Shown piece by piece: positions 44,877-53,744 of a stretch of DNA of 64,000 nucleotides (positions are counted from its first letter, which is position 1; every line of letters starts with the position of its first letter). The stretch covers positions 727,905 to 791,904 of the forward strand of contig CAVTYE010000002.1 in the NCBI GenBank assembly GCA_963738925.1, read 5' to 3'. The notes under the pieces were generated by a model that did not search any database, was not told where the DNA came from, and saw only the letters and a program-made list of their open reading frames with translations. The stretch comes from an uncultured Chloroflexia bacterium (GTDB lineage Bacteria > Chloroflexota > Dehalococcoidia > SM23-28-2 > RBG-16-64-32). The translations under genes were made by a program, and so were the position numbers.

Positions 44877-46481
44877 ATGCAACACGCACGCAACCGATTG
44901 GCCCGCCAGGTGTTGTTGACAGCCTCCGGAGCGCTCGTCCATCCTCGAAGTGTGACCACTCCCGAAGGCGCAATTCGAGACCGGATTCGCCGCCTCGACG
45001 ACCTCGCAAGGCGCCTCCTCCAGGACCGCCGCCTGATCATCGCCAGCAACCGCGGCCCCATCCAGTACGAGATCGACCAGGACGGCGCGCTAACCGCCCA
45101 GAGGGGCTCCGGCGGCATGGTCACCGCTCTGCTCGCCACCGCCCAGATGGTGCCGATGACCTGGGTCGCCATGGCCATGACCGATGGCGACCGCCGCGCC
45201 GCCGCCGAAGCCAACGGCGATCTAATCCGCAGCCCCGGCGAAGACCTCTCCGTCAAATTCGTCACCGTCGCCAGCCCCACTTACCAGCGCCACTACTACG
45301 TCTTCTGCAACCCACTCCTCTGGTTCGTCCAGCACCTGATGTGGAACGCGCCCCGCACCCCGAACATCGGCCGCGCCGTCTACGAGGCCTGGGACAGCGG
45401 CTACATCCCGGTCAACCAGGCGATCGCCGACGCGATTATCGAAGAGGCGCGAGCGTCCACGGGGCCCGCCTGCGTTCTGATCCAGGACTACCACCTCTAC
45501 CTGGCCCCCGCCATGGTCCGCGCCGAAGTCCCCAACGCCACCATCCTCCACTTCACGCACATCCCCTGGCCCGGCCCGCGCTACTGGGGCCTCCTCCCCG
45601 AATTCATGCGCCGCCGCATCCACGAAGACATGTGCGCCAGCGACATCATCGGCCTCCAGACCCGCGCCGACGTCCAGAACTTCCTCCACTGCTCCGAGGT
45701 TATCCTCGAAGGCTCCTCCGTCGACTACGAGACCTGCACCGTGCGCTTCCGCGGCCGCGTCATCCACGTCCGCGAGTACCCGATCTCCATCGACTCCGGC
45801 GGCCTGTTGGAGTTCAGAGACTCGCCCGAAGTCCAGAAGTACGTCGCCAGGCTGCGGCCGCTGCTCGGCGAAAAGACCATCGTCCGCGTCGATCGCTCCG
45901 AGCCCAGCAAGAACATCATCCGCGGCCTCCGTTCGCTGGAGCTTCTACTGGAGCGCTACCCGGACCTGCGCGGCCGCGTCAACTTCCTGCAGTTCCTCGT
46001 GCCTTCCCGCAGCGAGCTCGGCGTCTATCAGACCTACACCGACGAGATCTTCGAGCTGGTCGAGTCGATCAACGACCACTTTGGCGATGTTGACTGGCAG
46101 CCGATCCGCGTCTTTTACGAGGACAACTACGCGCAGGCCATCGCCGGGATGACCCTCTACGACGTCCTGCTGGTCAACCCGATCATCGACGGCATGAACC
46201 TCGTCTCCAAAGAGGGGCCGCTGATCAACGCCAGGGACGGCGTCCTCGTGCTCTCAGAGCAGGCCGGCTCCTTCGAGCAGCTCCAGTCCCACGTCTTGCC
46301 CGTCGCCCCTTCGGACCTGGAGGGTACGGTCCGCGCGCTACACCACGCCCTGACGATGCCGGAAGACGAACGCCGCACCCGCGCCGAGGGACTGCGCCGC
46401 AGCATTGAGGACTTCGATATCGTCTACTGGCTTGAGTCGCAGTTCAAAGACCTGCTCGCACTCACCGGCGAAGGGATCTGA
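44877..46481 (+). CDS. otsA: Trehalose-6-phosphate synthase (GT20)
   Basis: RLIIASNRGPIQYE, RGSGGMVTAL, LIQDYHLYLAP, DRSEPSKNIIRG, PIIDGMNLVSKEG. The track start at 44784 overlaps the tRNA. The first ATG after the tRNA is 44877. GTG 44952 is an alternative start. Confidence 0.85.
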   Translation: MQHARNRLARQVLLTASGALVHPRSVTTPEGAIRDRIRRLDDLARRLLQDRRLIIASNRGPIQYEIDQDGALTAQRGSGGMVTALLATAQMVPMTWVAMAMTDGDRRAAAEANGDLIRSPGEDLSVKFVTVASPTYQRHYYVFCNPLLWFVQHLMWNAPRTPNIGRAVYEAWDSGYIPVNQAIADAIIEEARASTGPACVLIQDYHLYLAPAMVRAEVPNATILHFTHIPWPGPRYWGLLPEFMRRRIHEDMCASDIIGLQTRADVQNFLHCSEVILEGSSVDYETCTVRFRGRVIHVREYPISIDSGGLLEFRDSPEVQKYVARLRPLLGEKTIVRVDRSEPSKNIIRGLRSLELLLERYPDLRGRVNFLQFLVPSRSELGVYQTYTDEIFELVESINDHFGDVDWQPIRVFYEDNYAQAIAGMTLYDVLLVNPIIDGMNLVSKEGPLINARDGVLVLSEQAGSFEQLQSHVLPVAPSDLEGTVRALHHALTMPEDERRTRAEGLRRSIEDFDIVYWLESQFKDLLALTGEGI

Positions 46482-46537
46482 CCAGCTCCTCCAGCAGCCA
46501 CTCCACGCCTTCCACCCCGCGCACGAAGTAATCCGCC

Positions 46538-47251
46538 TCATCCAGCACCTCCGGCTGCACCTCCTCGCTCCAGACCGCAACGCTGGCCCCCGAAACCCCC
46601 GGAGCTGTGGACCGCGCGGAACATATCGAGGTCCGTCACGTCGTCACCGATCGCCAGCACTGACTTCGCGCCCATCCGGCCGATCAGCAGCTCCGCCGCC
46701 GTCCCCTTGTGCACATCGAGAGGCGGCCGCAGCTCGATCACCTTGCGGCCCTCGTGCACCTGGAAATGCGCCGCCGCCGCCGACCCCGAAACAAAATCCG
46801 CGATCGCCGCGCGCGCTTCCGACTCCGACTCCGCCGTCCGGTAGTGAAAGGCGACGACCGGCCCCTTGTCCTCGACGATGACACCACGTACTCGCAGCGC
46901 CGACGCATCGCGGATCACCTGCCGCGCCCACCCGGCGTACTGCTGCACTTCGTCGGGCGTCTGCGTCTTGCCGTCGGCCTCGACGTTCAGCCCGTGGTTA
47001 GACGCGATGAAGGCGCCCGGAATCGCGACAAGCTCGCGCGCTTTTTCCGGCGCCCGGCCGGTCACAAACGCCACAAGCACGCCCTGGCCCGTCAGTTGGA
47101 GCAGCGCATCCCTGGCGCGGCTCGAAATCCGCGCGTCTTCGGGGTTCGGAACGATGGGCGCGAGCGTGCCGTCGATGTCGCTGAGGATGGCGAAGGGCTT
47201 GTGGGAGAGCAGTGGCCGCAGCGGCTCGATGTCTTGCAGCTCCTCGGCCAT
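46538..47251 (-). CDS. otsB: Trehalose-6-phosphate phosphatase (HAD), 3' end apparently frameshifted
   Basis: FAILSDIDGTLAP (HAD motif I), AIGDDVTDLDMF (motif IV). After ...FRAVHSSGG the annotated frame gives a Gly-rich tail. A shifted frame gives ASVAVWSEEVQPEVLDEADYFVRGVEGVEWLLEELV, the expected family C-terminus, with its stop at 46464-46462. Confidence 0.8.
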   Translation of the reverse strand: MAEELQDIEPLRPLLSHKPFAILSDIDGTLAPIVPNPEDARISSRARDALLQLTGQGVLVAFVTGRAPEKARELVAIPGAFIASNHGLNVEADGKTQTPDEVQQYAGWARQVIRDASALRVRGVIVEDKGPVVAFHYRTAESESEARAAIADFVSGSAAAAHFQVHEGRKVIELRPPLDVHKGTAAELLIGRMGAKSVLAIGDDVTDLDMFRAVHSSGGFGGQRCGLERGGAAGGAG

Positions 47252-47266
47252 GCCCGTCCTTTCCTG

Positions 47267-48801
47267 CTATGCCTGCCCCCGCTGCCGGTATTGTAGCGCC
47301 TCCGCCACGTGCGACGAGGCGATTACCTCAGACCCAGCCAGGTCGGCGATCGTCCGCGCCACCTTGAGCACCCGGTGATACCCTCGCGCCGACAGCGCCA
47401 GCTGATTCACCGCCAGCTTCAGCAGCGAGCGAGCGGCGTCTTCCAGGTAGCGCTGGCAGAACTGCCGCACCTCCACCGGGCCCATCTCGCTGTTCGCCGA
47501 AAGGTGCGACTCCGAGTACCTCAGCCGTTGCACCCCTCGGCTCTTGTCCACCCGCTCCCGCACATCGAGCGATCCCTCCGGCGCCGGGCCCTGCGACAGC
47601 TTCTCGTAGTCCACCCGCGGTACCTCGACGAAGATGTCGATCCGGTCCAGCAGCGGACCTGAAATCCGGTGCTGGTAGCGGGTCACCGCCGAGGGCGCGC
47701 ACGTGCACTGCCGCGCCGTGTCGCCGTAGTACCCGCAGGGACACGGGTTCATCGCCGTCAGCAGCGTGAAGTTCGCCGGGAACGTAACGTTTCCGGCCGC
47801 CCGGCTCACCGTCACCTTCCGGTCCTCCAGCGGCTGCCGGATCGACTCCAGGACCGCGTGCGCGAACTCCGGCAACTCGTCCAGGAAGAGCACCCCGCGG
47901 TGGCTCAGACGTGATCTCGCCCGGACGCGGCTGCTTGCCGCCGCCGACCAGCCCCGCGTGCGAAATCGTGTGGTGGGGCGCCCGGAACGGCCGCATCCGC
48001 ATCAGCGGCGTGTCGTTCGGCAACATCGCCGCCACGCTGTAGATCTTCGTCACCTCCAGCGCCTCGTTCGCCGACATCCTGGGCAGGATGCCCGGCATCG
48101 CCCGCGCCAGCAGCGTCTTGCCCGAGCCCGGCGGCCCAACCATCAGCACGTTGTGTCCGCCCGCCGCCGCCACCTCCAGCGCGCGTTTCACGTGCTCCTG
48201 CCCCTTGATCTCGCGGAAGTCGGCTCCCTCGTGCGGCGCAGCCTCGCCGAGGTCTACGTCGCGCTGTGGCACAAAAGCGTCGATCTGGCGCGTTGAACCC
48301 CAGGTGCTCCACGAGCGCCCGCAGCGAGTCGACCGGGATCACCTCGACGCCTTCGACCAGCGCCGCCTCGCCGGCGTCCACGTCCGGGACGAAGATCGTC
48401 GTGAAGCCGCGCTCCTTGGCCAGGCCGACCATCGGCAGCACACCGTTGGTGTGACGCAGCCGCCCGTTCAGCGAAAGCTCGCCGATGAACACCGCGTCCC
48501 GCCGCGGCTCCGGCACCTGCCCCGAGGCCACCAGTATCCCGACGGCGATCGGCAGGTCGTAGGCCGGTCCCTCCTTGCGCAGGTCCGCCGGCGCCAGGCT
48601 GACGGTGATCTTGTGGGCCGGGAACTGCAGGCCGGAGTTGCGGATCGCCGACATCACCCGCTCCCGCGCCTCCTGCACCGCCGCGTCCGGCAGGCCGACG
48701 ACCGCGAACTTCGGGAGTCCCATGTTGACGATGTCGACTTCGACGTCGACGATCTCGCCGTCCATCCCGATCACCGCGCAGCTGTTGACTTTGGAAAGCA
48801 T
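47267..48801 (-). pseudogene. comM: YifB/ComM-type Mg-chelatase-like AAA+ ATPase, split by two frameshifts (may be sequencing error)
   Basis: Three consecutive frames. 48801-~48290: MLSKVNSCAVIGMDGEIVDVEVDI...LSLNGRLRHTNGVLP (Lon-like N-domain). ~48272-~47905: DFREIKGQEHVKRALEVAAAGGHNVLMVGPPGSGKTLLA...RAPHHTISHAGLVGGG. 47893-47267: LFLDELPEF...NPCPCGYYGD...YHRVLKVARTIADL. The shift near 47905 turns the expected PGEI-LSHRGVLFLDE into PGEITSEPPRG. Confidence 0.8.
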
Positions 48802-48849
48802 CTGCTTGACGCGACGTTACCAGCACAAACGTTCTCAGCGAAGCGGTAA

Positions 48850-50136
48850 ATGGCACAGCCCGTGAGATTTGGCCGCCGAGCCGCTATCCTGTGGAGCGAC
48901 ATGCCTCCCGAACTGCCGCCCGAAGTCCAGGACGTACTCGATCGCCTGATCGCCGGCCTCGGCGAAGACCTGCGCGCCGTCTTCTGGCACGGCTCCTGGG
49001 CCCGCGGCGAGGCCAGACCCTGGTCCGACCACGACATGATCATCGTCCTCAAGCGCCTCGACGACGCCCTCCTCGCCAGGCTCCAGGAGATCTTCCGCGG
49101 CCGCGAGGGTTGGTCCACCTTCGTGCGGACAGAGGAGGAGCTGCGCCAGTACCCGGCGGAGGGCCGCCCGCAGTTCCACTTCGGCCTCGTCAAGCTCTAC
49201 GGCGACTTCGATCCGCCCCCACTGACCCGTGACAACATCATCGACGAGCTGCGCATCCTCGCCCTCAACATCAGCTTCGAGACGCGGTACCGCCTCTTCC
49301 ACAGCGAGCCCCTCTACAGCGAGATGGAGCCGCACATGCCCGGCTTCCAGCGCCGCCGCAACGCCCGCCTCCTGCGTTACGCCGCCAAGCTTGCCATCCT
49401 CGCCATGAAAGCGCGCGAGCTCCTGGCCGGCCGCGAGTATCCCGTCTCAATCGCCAACCTCCGACCACTCCTGAGCGACGCGAACGAGCTCCAGATCGTC
49501 GACACTGTCGACCGCTGGGACGATTTCCAGTCCGGAGTCGAAGCCGACTGCGGCCCGTTCGCTCTCCGCCTGGACGCCTTCGCCCGCAACCTCGTCGCCT
49601 GGCTCGAAAGCGAAGCCCCGTCCCTCCACCCTTCACAATTCACCATTCACAATTCAGTCCGTCACTTCACCGCCACCGCCTTCGTCGTCCGCGGCGAGGC
49701 CACGGTCCTCCACTGGCACCGCCGCCTCGGCCAGTGGATGCCCCCCGGTGGCCACGTCGAACCCAACGAGGACCCCGCCACCGCCGCCCTGCGAGAAGTC
49801 CGCGAAGAGACCGGCCTCATCTGCGAAATCGTCCCGACATCCCCGGCCCTTGACTTCACCTACCCCGAACAACTGCCCGCGCCCTACACCATCCTCCTCG
49901 AAGACATCCCCGGCCCCGGCGAACCCCACAAGCACATCGATCACATCTACTTCGTCCGCCCCGTCGAGACCGCCGCCCACGGCCGCGTCGACGACCCAAC
50001 CCTGCGCTGGCTCACAGCCGCCGAGCTGCGCGAAAACGCCCCGCTGGACGTCGCCGGCTGCGGCGTCTCCGCCGCCGTCCCCGAAGACGTCCGTCAGCTG
50101 GCCCTCGCCGCCATCGAAACCCTCCACTCGTCCTGA
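48850..50136 (+). CDS. Nucleotidyltransferase-domain / Nudix-hydrolase fusion ORF
   Basis: N-terminal minimal NTase motif VFWHGSWARGEARPWSDHDMIIV. C-terminal Nudix box GGHVEPNEDPATAALREVREETGL. The linker (LHPSQFTIHNSVRHF, nt ~49625-49670) is encoded by a G-free heptad tract of the kind otherwise seen in intergenic spacers. Confidence 0.7.
   Translation: MAQPVRFGRRAAILWSDMPPELPPEVQDVLDRLIAGLGEDLRAVFWHGSWARGEARPWSDHDMIIVLKRLDDALLARLQEIFRGREGWSTFVRTEEELRQYPAEGRPQFHFGLVKLYGDFDPPPLTRDNIIDELRILALNISFETRYRLFHSEPLYSEMEPHMPGFQRRRNARLLRYAAKLAILAMKARELLAGREYPVSIANLRPLLSDANELQIVDTVDRWDDFQSGVEADCGPFALRLDAFARNLVAWLESEAPSLHPSQFTIHNSVRHFTATAFVVRGEATVLHWHRRLGQWMPPGGHVEPNEDPATAALREVREETGLICEIVPTSPALDFTYPEQLPAPYTILLEDIPGPGEPHKHIDHIYFVRPVETAAHGRVDDPTLRWLTAAELRENAPLDVAGCGVSAAVPEDVRQLALAAIETLHSS
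49632..49659 (+). repeat. Heptad tract TTCACAA TTCACCA TTCACAA TTCAGTC (inside the NTase-Nudix ORF)
   Basis: 7-nt periodic. The plus strand is G-free from 49621 to 49656. Confidence 0.7.
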
Positions 50137-50151
50137 GCAATCAGTACCGCT

Positions 50152-50186
50152 TTCACCATTCCCTCTTCCCTCTTCCCCCTTCCGCC
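50152..50186 (+). repeat. Heptad tract TTCACCA TTCCCTC TTCCCTC TTCCCCC TTCCGCC upstream of serS
   Basis: 7-nt periodic. G-free from 50150 to 50183. It continues TCGTACC CTTGTCG C ATG. Confidence 0.7.
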
Positions 50187-50189
50187 TCG

Positions 50190-50195
50190 TACCCT
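50190..50195 (+). promoter_or_regulatory. Candidate -10 box TACCCT exactly 6 nt upstream of the serS ATG (leaderless architecture)
   Basis: TACCCT-TGTCGC-ATG. No Shine-Dalgarno. Same geometry as at 51643 and 61809. Confidence 0.4.
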
Positions 50196-50201
50196 TGTCG
50201 C

Positions 50202-51515
50202 ATGCTGAACATCCAGCTCCTGCGGGAGCAGCCTGACCTAGTCCGGCGCGCTCTCGCACTGCGCCACACCGAGGCCCCGCTCGACGAAGCGATCGCCCTG
50301 GACAGCGAGCGGCGCACCCTCCTCACCGAAGTCGAGGGCCTCCGCGCCGAACGCAACGCGCTGGCCAAGGAGGTCGGCGAGATGGCGCGCCAGATGAAGT
50401 CCGCCGACACCAAAGACGCCCTCCACGCCGAGCACCGCCGCACGGACCTCATGGCCCGCTCCAACTTCGTCGGCGAGAAGCTGGAGCAGATCGAAGGCCG
50501 CCTCAAAGAGCTGGACACGGAGCTGCGCGGCCTGCTCTTCCAGATCCCCAACATCCCGGACGAGACCGCCCCCGAAGGCCCCGACGAGTCCGGCAACGTC
50601 GTCGTCCGCCAGTCCGGCGAGCCGCCAGACCTGGGCTTTGCGCCGAAGCCCCACTGGGAGCTCGGCGAAACGCTCGACATCATCGACTTCGACCGCGGCG
50701 CCAAGCTCGCCGGCAGCCGCTTCTATATCCTCAAGGGCGAAGGCGCACACCTCCAGCGCGCCCTGATCAGCTGGATGGTCGACTTCCACCGCGCCCGCGG
50801 CTACAGCGAGGTCTACCCGCCGGCGATGATCAAGGAGGAGAACCTCTGGGCCGGCGGCTGGCTCCCCAAGTTCGGCGAGAACATGTACCACGACGCCGAA
50901 GAGGACTTCTGGTGGATCCCCACCGCTGAAGTCGCGCTCACCAACATGCATCGAGACGAAATCCTCGAGCCCGGCGCTATGCCCGCCAACTACGTCGCCT
51001 ACACGCCCTGCTTCCGCCGCGAGAAGATGTCCGCCGGCCGCGACGTCCGCGGCATCAAGCGCGGCCACCAGTTCGACAAGGTCGAGATGTACAGCTTCGT
51101 CGAGCCGGAGAAGTCCGCCGCCGCCCTCGAAGCGATGATCGCCGAAGCCGAAGCCGTCGCCGGGGCCCTCGGCCTGACCCATCGCGTCCTCGAGCTCTGC
51201 ACCGGCGACCTCGGCTTCAACGCCGCCAAGACCTACGACCTCGAAGTCTGGTCACCCGGCTCCGACGAGTGGCTCGAAGTCTCGTCCTGCTCCAACTGCA
51301 CCGACTTCCAGGCCCGCCGCGCCAACATCCGTTTCCGCCGCGAAAAGGGCGCGAAGCCGGAGCACCCGCACACCCTTAACGGCAGCGGCCTCGCCCTCCC
51401 CCGCACGATGATCGCCGTCCTCGAAAACTACCAGCAGCCCGACGGCTCCATCGTCATCCCGGAGACCCTCCGCCCCTACATGAACGGACTGGAGCGCATC
51501 ACCTCCTCGCCCTGA
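50202..51515 (+). CDS. serS: Seryl-tRNA synthetase
   Basis: 437 aa. N-terminal coiled-coil MLNIQLLREQPDLVRRAL. Class II motifs FRREKMSAGRDVRGIKRGHQF, GDLGFNAAKTYDLEVW, TLNGSGLALPRTMIAVLENYQ. Confidence 0.95.
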   Translation: MLNIQLLREQPDLVRRALALRHTEAPLDEAIALDSERRTLLTEVEGLRAERNALAKEVGEMARQMKSADTKDALHAEHRRTDLMARSNFVGEKLEQIEGRLKELDTELRGLLFQIPNIPDETAPEGPDESGNVVVRQSGEPPDLGFAPKPHWELGETLDIIDFDRGAKLAGSRFYILKGEGAHLQRALISWMVDFHRARGYSEVYPPAMIKEENLWAGGWLPKFGENMYHDAEEDFWWIPTAEVALTNMHRDEILEPGAMPANYVAYTPCFRREKMSAGRDVRGIKRGHQFDKVEMYSFVEPEKSAAALEAMIAEAEAVAGALGLTHRVLELCTGDLGFNAAKTYDLEVWSPGSDEWLEVSSCSNCTDFQARRANIRFRREKGAKPEHPHTLNGSGLALPRTMIAVLENYQQPDGSIVIPETLRPYMNGLERITSSP

Positions 51516-51597
51516 GGCCCGCAGGCTTAGGGCCGTCCCAAGAGATGTCGAACCGCATCCCGGGACTCAGCCAGATCGCCACACCTGGACAAAACCC

Positions 51598-51632
51598 CTC
51601 ACTCTTCACACTTCCTACTTCACTATTCCCCC
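51598..51632 (+). repeat. Heptad tract CTCACTC TTCACAC TTCCTAC TTCACTA TTCCCCC upstream of the DUF1786-like gene
   Basis: 7-nt periodic. G-free from 51589 to 51632. It continues GTCCACC TCGTACC ATTCCCC C ATG. Confidence 0.7.
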
Positions 51633-51642
51633 GTCCACCTCG

Positions 51643-51648
51643 TACCAT
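51643..51648 (+). promoter_or_regulatory. Candidate -10 box TACCAT exactly 6 nt upstream of the ATG (leaderless architecture)
   Basis: TACCAT-TCCCCC-ATG. TTCACT lies 18 nt upstream as a possible -35. No Shine-Dalgarno. Confidence 0.4.
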
Positions 51649-51654
51649 TCCCCC

Positions 51655-52740
51655 ATGCGAATCCTCGCCGTAGACGTCGGCACCGGCACCCAGGACATCC
51701 TCCTCTTCGACTCCGCCCAGCCCATCGAGAACGCCTTCCAGCTGGTCATGCCGTCGCCGACGCAGATCGCCGCCGCCCGCATCCGGCGCGCCACCGAGGC
51801 CCGGCGGGCCGTCGCCATCAGCGGCGCCATCGCCGGCGGCGGCCCCTGCCACTGGGCGCTCGAAGACCACCTCCGCGCCGGCCTCCCCGCCTACGCCACC
51901 CGCGACGCCGCCCAGACCTTCGACGACGACCTCGAGGCCGTCCAGCGCATGGGCGTCACGCTGGTCTCCGAAGACGAGATCGCCCGCCTCGACGCCGACC
52001 ACGTCGTCCTGCGCGACCTCGACCTCGCCGCGATCCGCAGCGCCCTCGCCGCCTTTGACGTGCCCGGCCAATTCGACGGCCTCGCCCTCGGCTGCCTGGA
52101 CCACGGCGCAGCCCCGCCCGGCTACTCCGACCGCCTCTTCCGCTTCGAGCACTTGCGCCGCGTCGTCGAGGCCCGCAACGATCTGCGCGCCTTCGCCTGC
52201 CTGCCCGCCGAAGTGCCCGAGTACCTGACCCGCGCCCGCAGCCTGCTCGCCTCCGTCGATGTCGATACGCCCGTCGTCTTCCTGGACACCGGCCCGGCCG
52301 CCGCCCTGGGCGCGCTCCAGGACCCCACCGTCGGCGATCGCGACGAGCAGGTCGTCCTCAACCTCGGCAACATGCACGCCCTCTGCTTCCACCTGCGCGG
52401 CGCACAGATCGTCTCGCTGTACGAGCACCACACCGGCGAGCTCACCACCGCGCAGATCGAAGACTTCACCCGGCGCCTCATCGCCGGCGCCCTCCCCCAC
52501 GAAGACGTCTTCAACAGCAAAGGCCACGGCGTCTACTACGCCGCCGCGCCCAACGCCGCTGCACAGCCCCTCGTCGCCGTCACCGGCCCCCAGCGCGCCC
52601 GGCTCCGCGGCTCTACGCTCAACCCCTACTTCGCGGTCCCCCACGGCGACATGATGCTCTCCGGCTGCTTCGGGCTCCTCGCCGCCTTCGCCGAAAAGCA
52701 CCCCGACGCCGCCGAACACATCCTTCCCGCGCTCCGCTAA
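51655..52740 (+). CDS. DUF1786-like ASKHA-fold protein
   Basis: MRILAVDVGTGTQDILLFDS...IENAFQLVMPSPTQ matches the N-terminal signature I recall for DUF1786 (putative PFL-activase-like, actin/Hsp70-fold). Confidence 0.55.
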   Translation: MRILAVDVGTGTQDILLFDSAQPIENAFQLVMPSPTQIAAARIRRATEARRAVAISGAIAGGGPCHWALEDHLRAGLPAYATRDAAQTFDDDLEAVQRMGVTLVSEDEIARLDADHVVLRDLDLAAIRSALAAFDVPGQFDGLALGCLDHGAAPPGYSDRLFRFEHLRRVVEARNDLRAFACLPAEVPEYLTRARSLLASVDVDTPVVFLDTGPAAALGALQDPTVGDRDEQVVLNLGNMHALCFHLRGAQIVSLYEHHTGELTTAQIEDFTRRLIAGALPHEDVFNSKGHGVYYAAAPNAAAQPLVAVTGPQRARLRGSTLNPYFAVPHGDMMLSGCFGLLAAFAEKHPDAAEHILPALR

Positions 52741-52834
52741 CCTACGCCCTCACCTCCCCGTTCACTCTTCACCAATTGACACATCCGCGCATTCGCACCA
52801 AGATTGCCTCAGAAACCGAAGAAGGAGGCCCAGA

Positions 52835-53744
52835 ATGGCCAGCCCAGCCCTAGACGCAATCATCCAGATGCTCAAATCACGCCCGGCGTCCGAAAGGCTG
52901 GACGCCCCCGAGACTCGCGCCAGCTTCGAGCTGATCGCCCAGATGTTCCCGGTGGCCGCCGACGTCAAGCGCGAGCCCGCCAGCGCCAACGGCGTGCCCG
53001 GTGAGTGGATCACCGTCCCCAACTCCAGCGACGCCGTCACGATCTACTACCTGCACGGCGGCGGATACATCATCGGCTCCATCAACACCCACGCCGACAT
53101 GGTCTCGCGAATCGCCAGGGCGTCCGGAGCCCGCGCTTTCTCGTTGAACTACCGTCTGGCCCCGGAAGACCCGTTCCCCGCCGCCGTTGAAGACGCCACC
53201 GCGGCCTACCGCTGGCTCCTGGCCCAGGGCATCCGCCCTGAGTCCATCGTCATCGCCGGTGACTCCGCGGGCGGCGGCCTCGCCCTGGCGACGATCCTCT
53301 CCCTGAAGGCTGCCGGCGATCCGCTTCCCGGCGCGGCCGTCTTGCTCTCGCCGTGGACAGACCTCGACGGCACGGGCGAGTCGATGAAGACCCGCGCCGA
53401 CGCGCGACCCGATGATCCCGGTCCGGACCCCTCAAGGAGATGGCCCAGATGTACGCCGGCGACGTGCCGAGCTGACCGACCCGCTCGTCTCGCCGCTCTA
53501 CGGCGACTACGACGGCTTCCCGCCGATGCTGATCCACGTCGGAGACGCCGAAGTCCTGCTCGATGACTCCACCCGTGTCGCAGCGAAAGCCAAGGCCGCT
53601 GGCGTCGAAGTCACGCTCAAGGTCTGGGACGAGATGATCCACGTCTTCCAGATCTTCTCCGCCACTCTGCCCGAGGGCCAGCAGGCCATCGACGAGATCG
53701 GCGAATGGGTCAAGGCCCACGTGAAGAGCAAGGCGGCTGCTTGA
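52835..53744 (+). pseudogene. Alpha/beta hydrolase, HSL/Aes-type esterase, broken by two closely spaced frameshifts (may be sequencing error)
   Basis: YYLHGGGYIIGS (HGGG oxyanion motif) and IAGDSAGGGLA (GDSAG nucleophile) in ORF 52835-53566. [31 protein letters not shown]...WDEMIHVF (Asp/His region) in ORF 53412-53744. A third frame between ~53420 and 53475 reads RSGPLKEMAQMYAGDVP, the expected connecting peptide. Confidence 0.75.
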
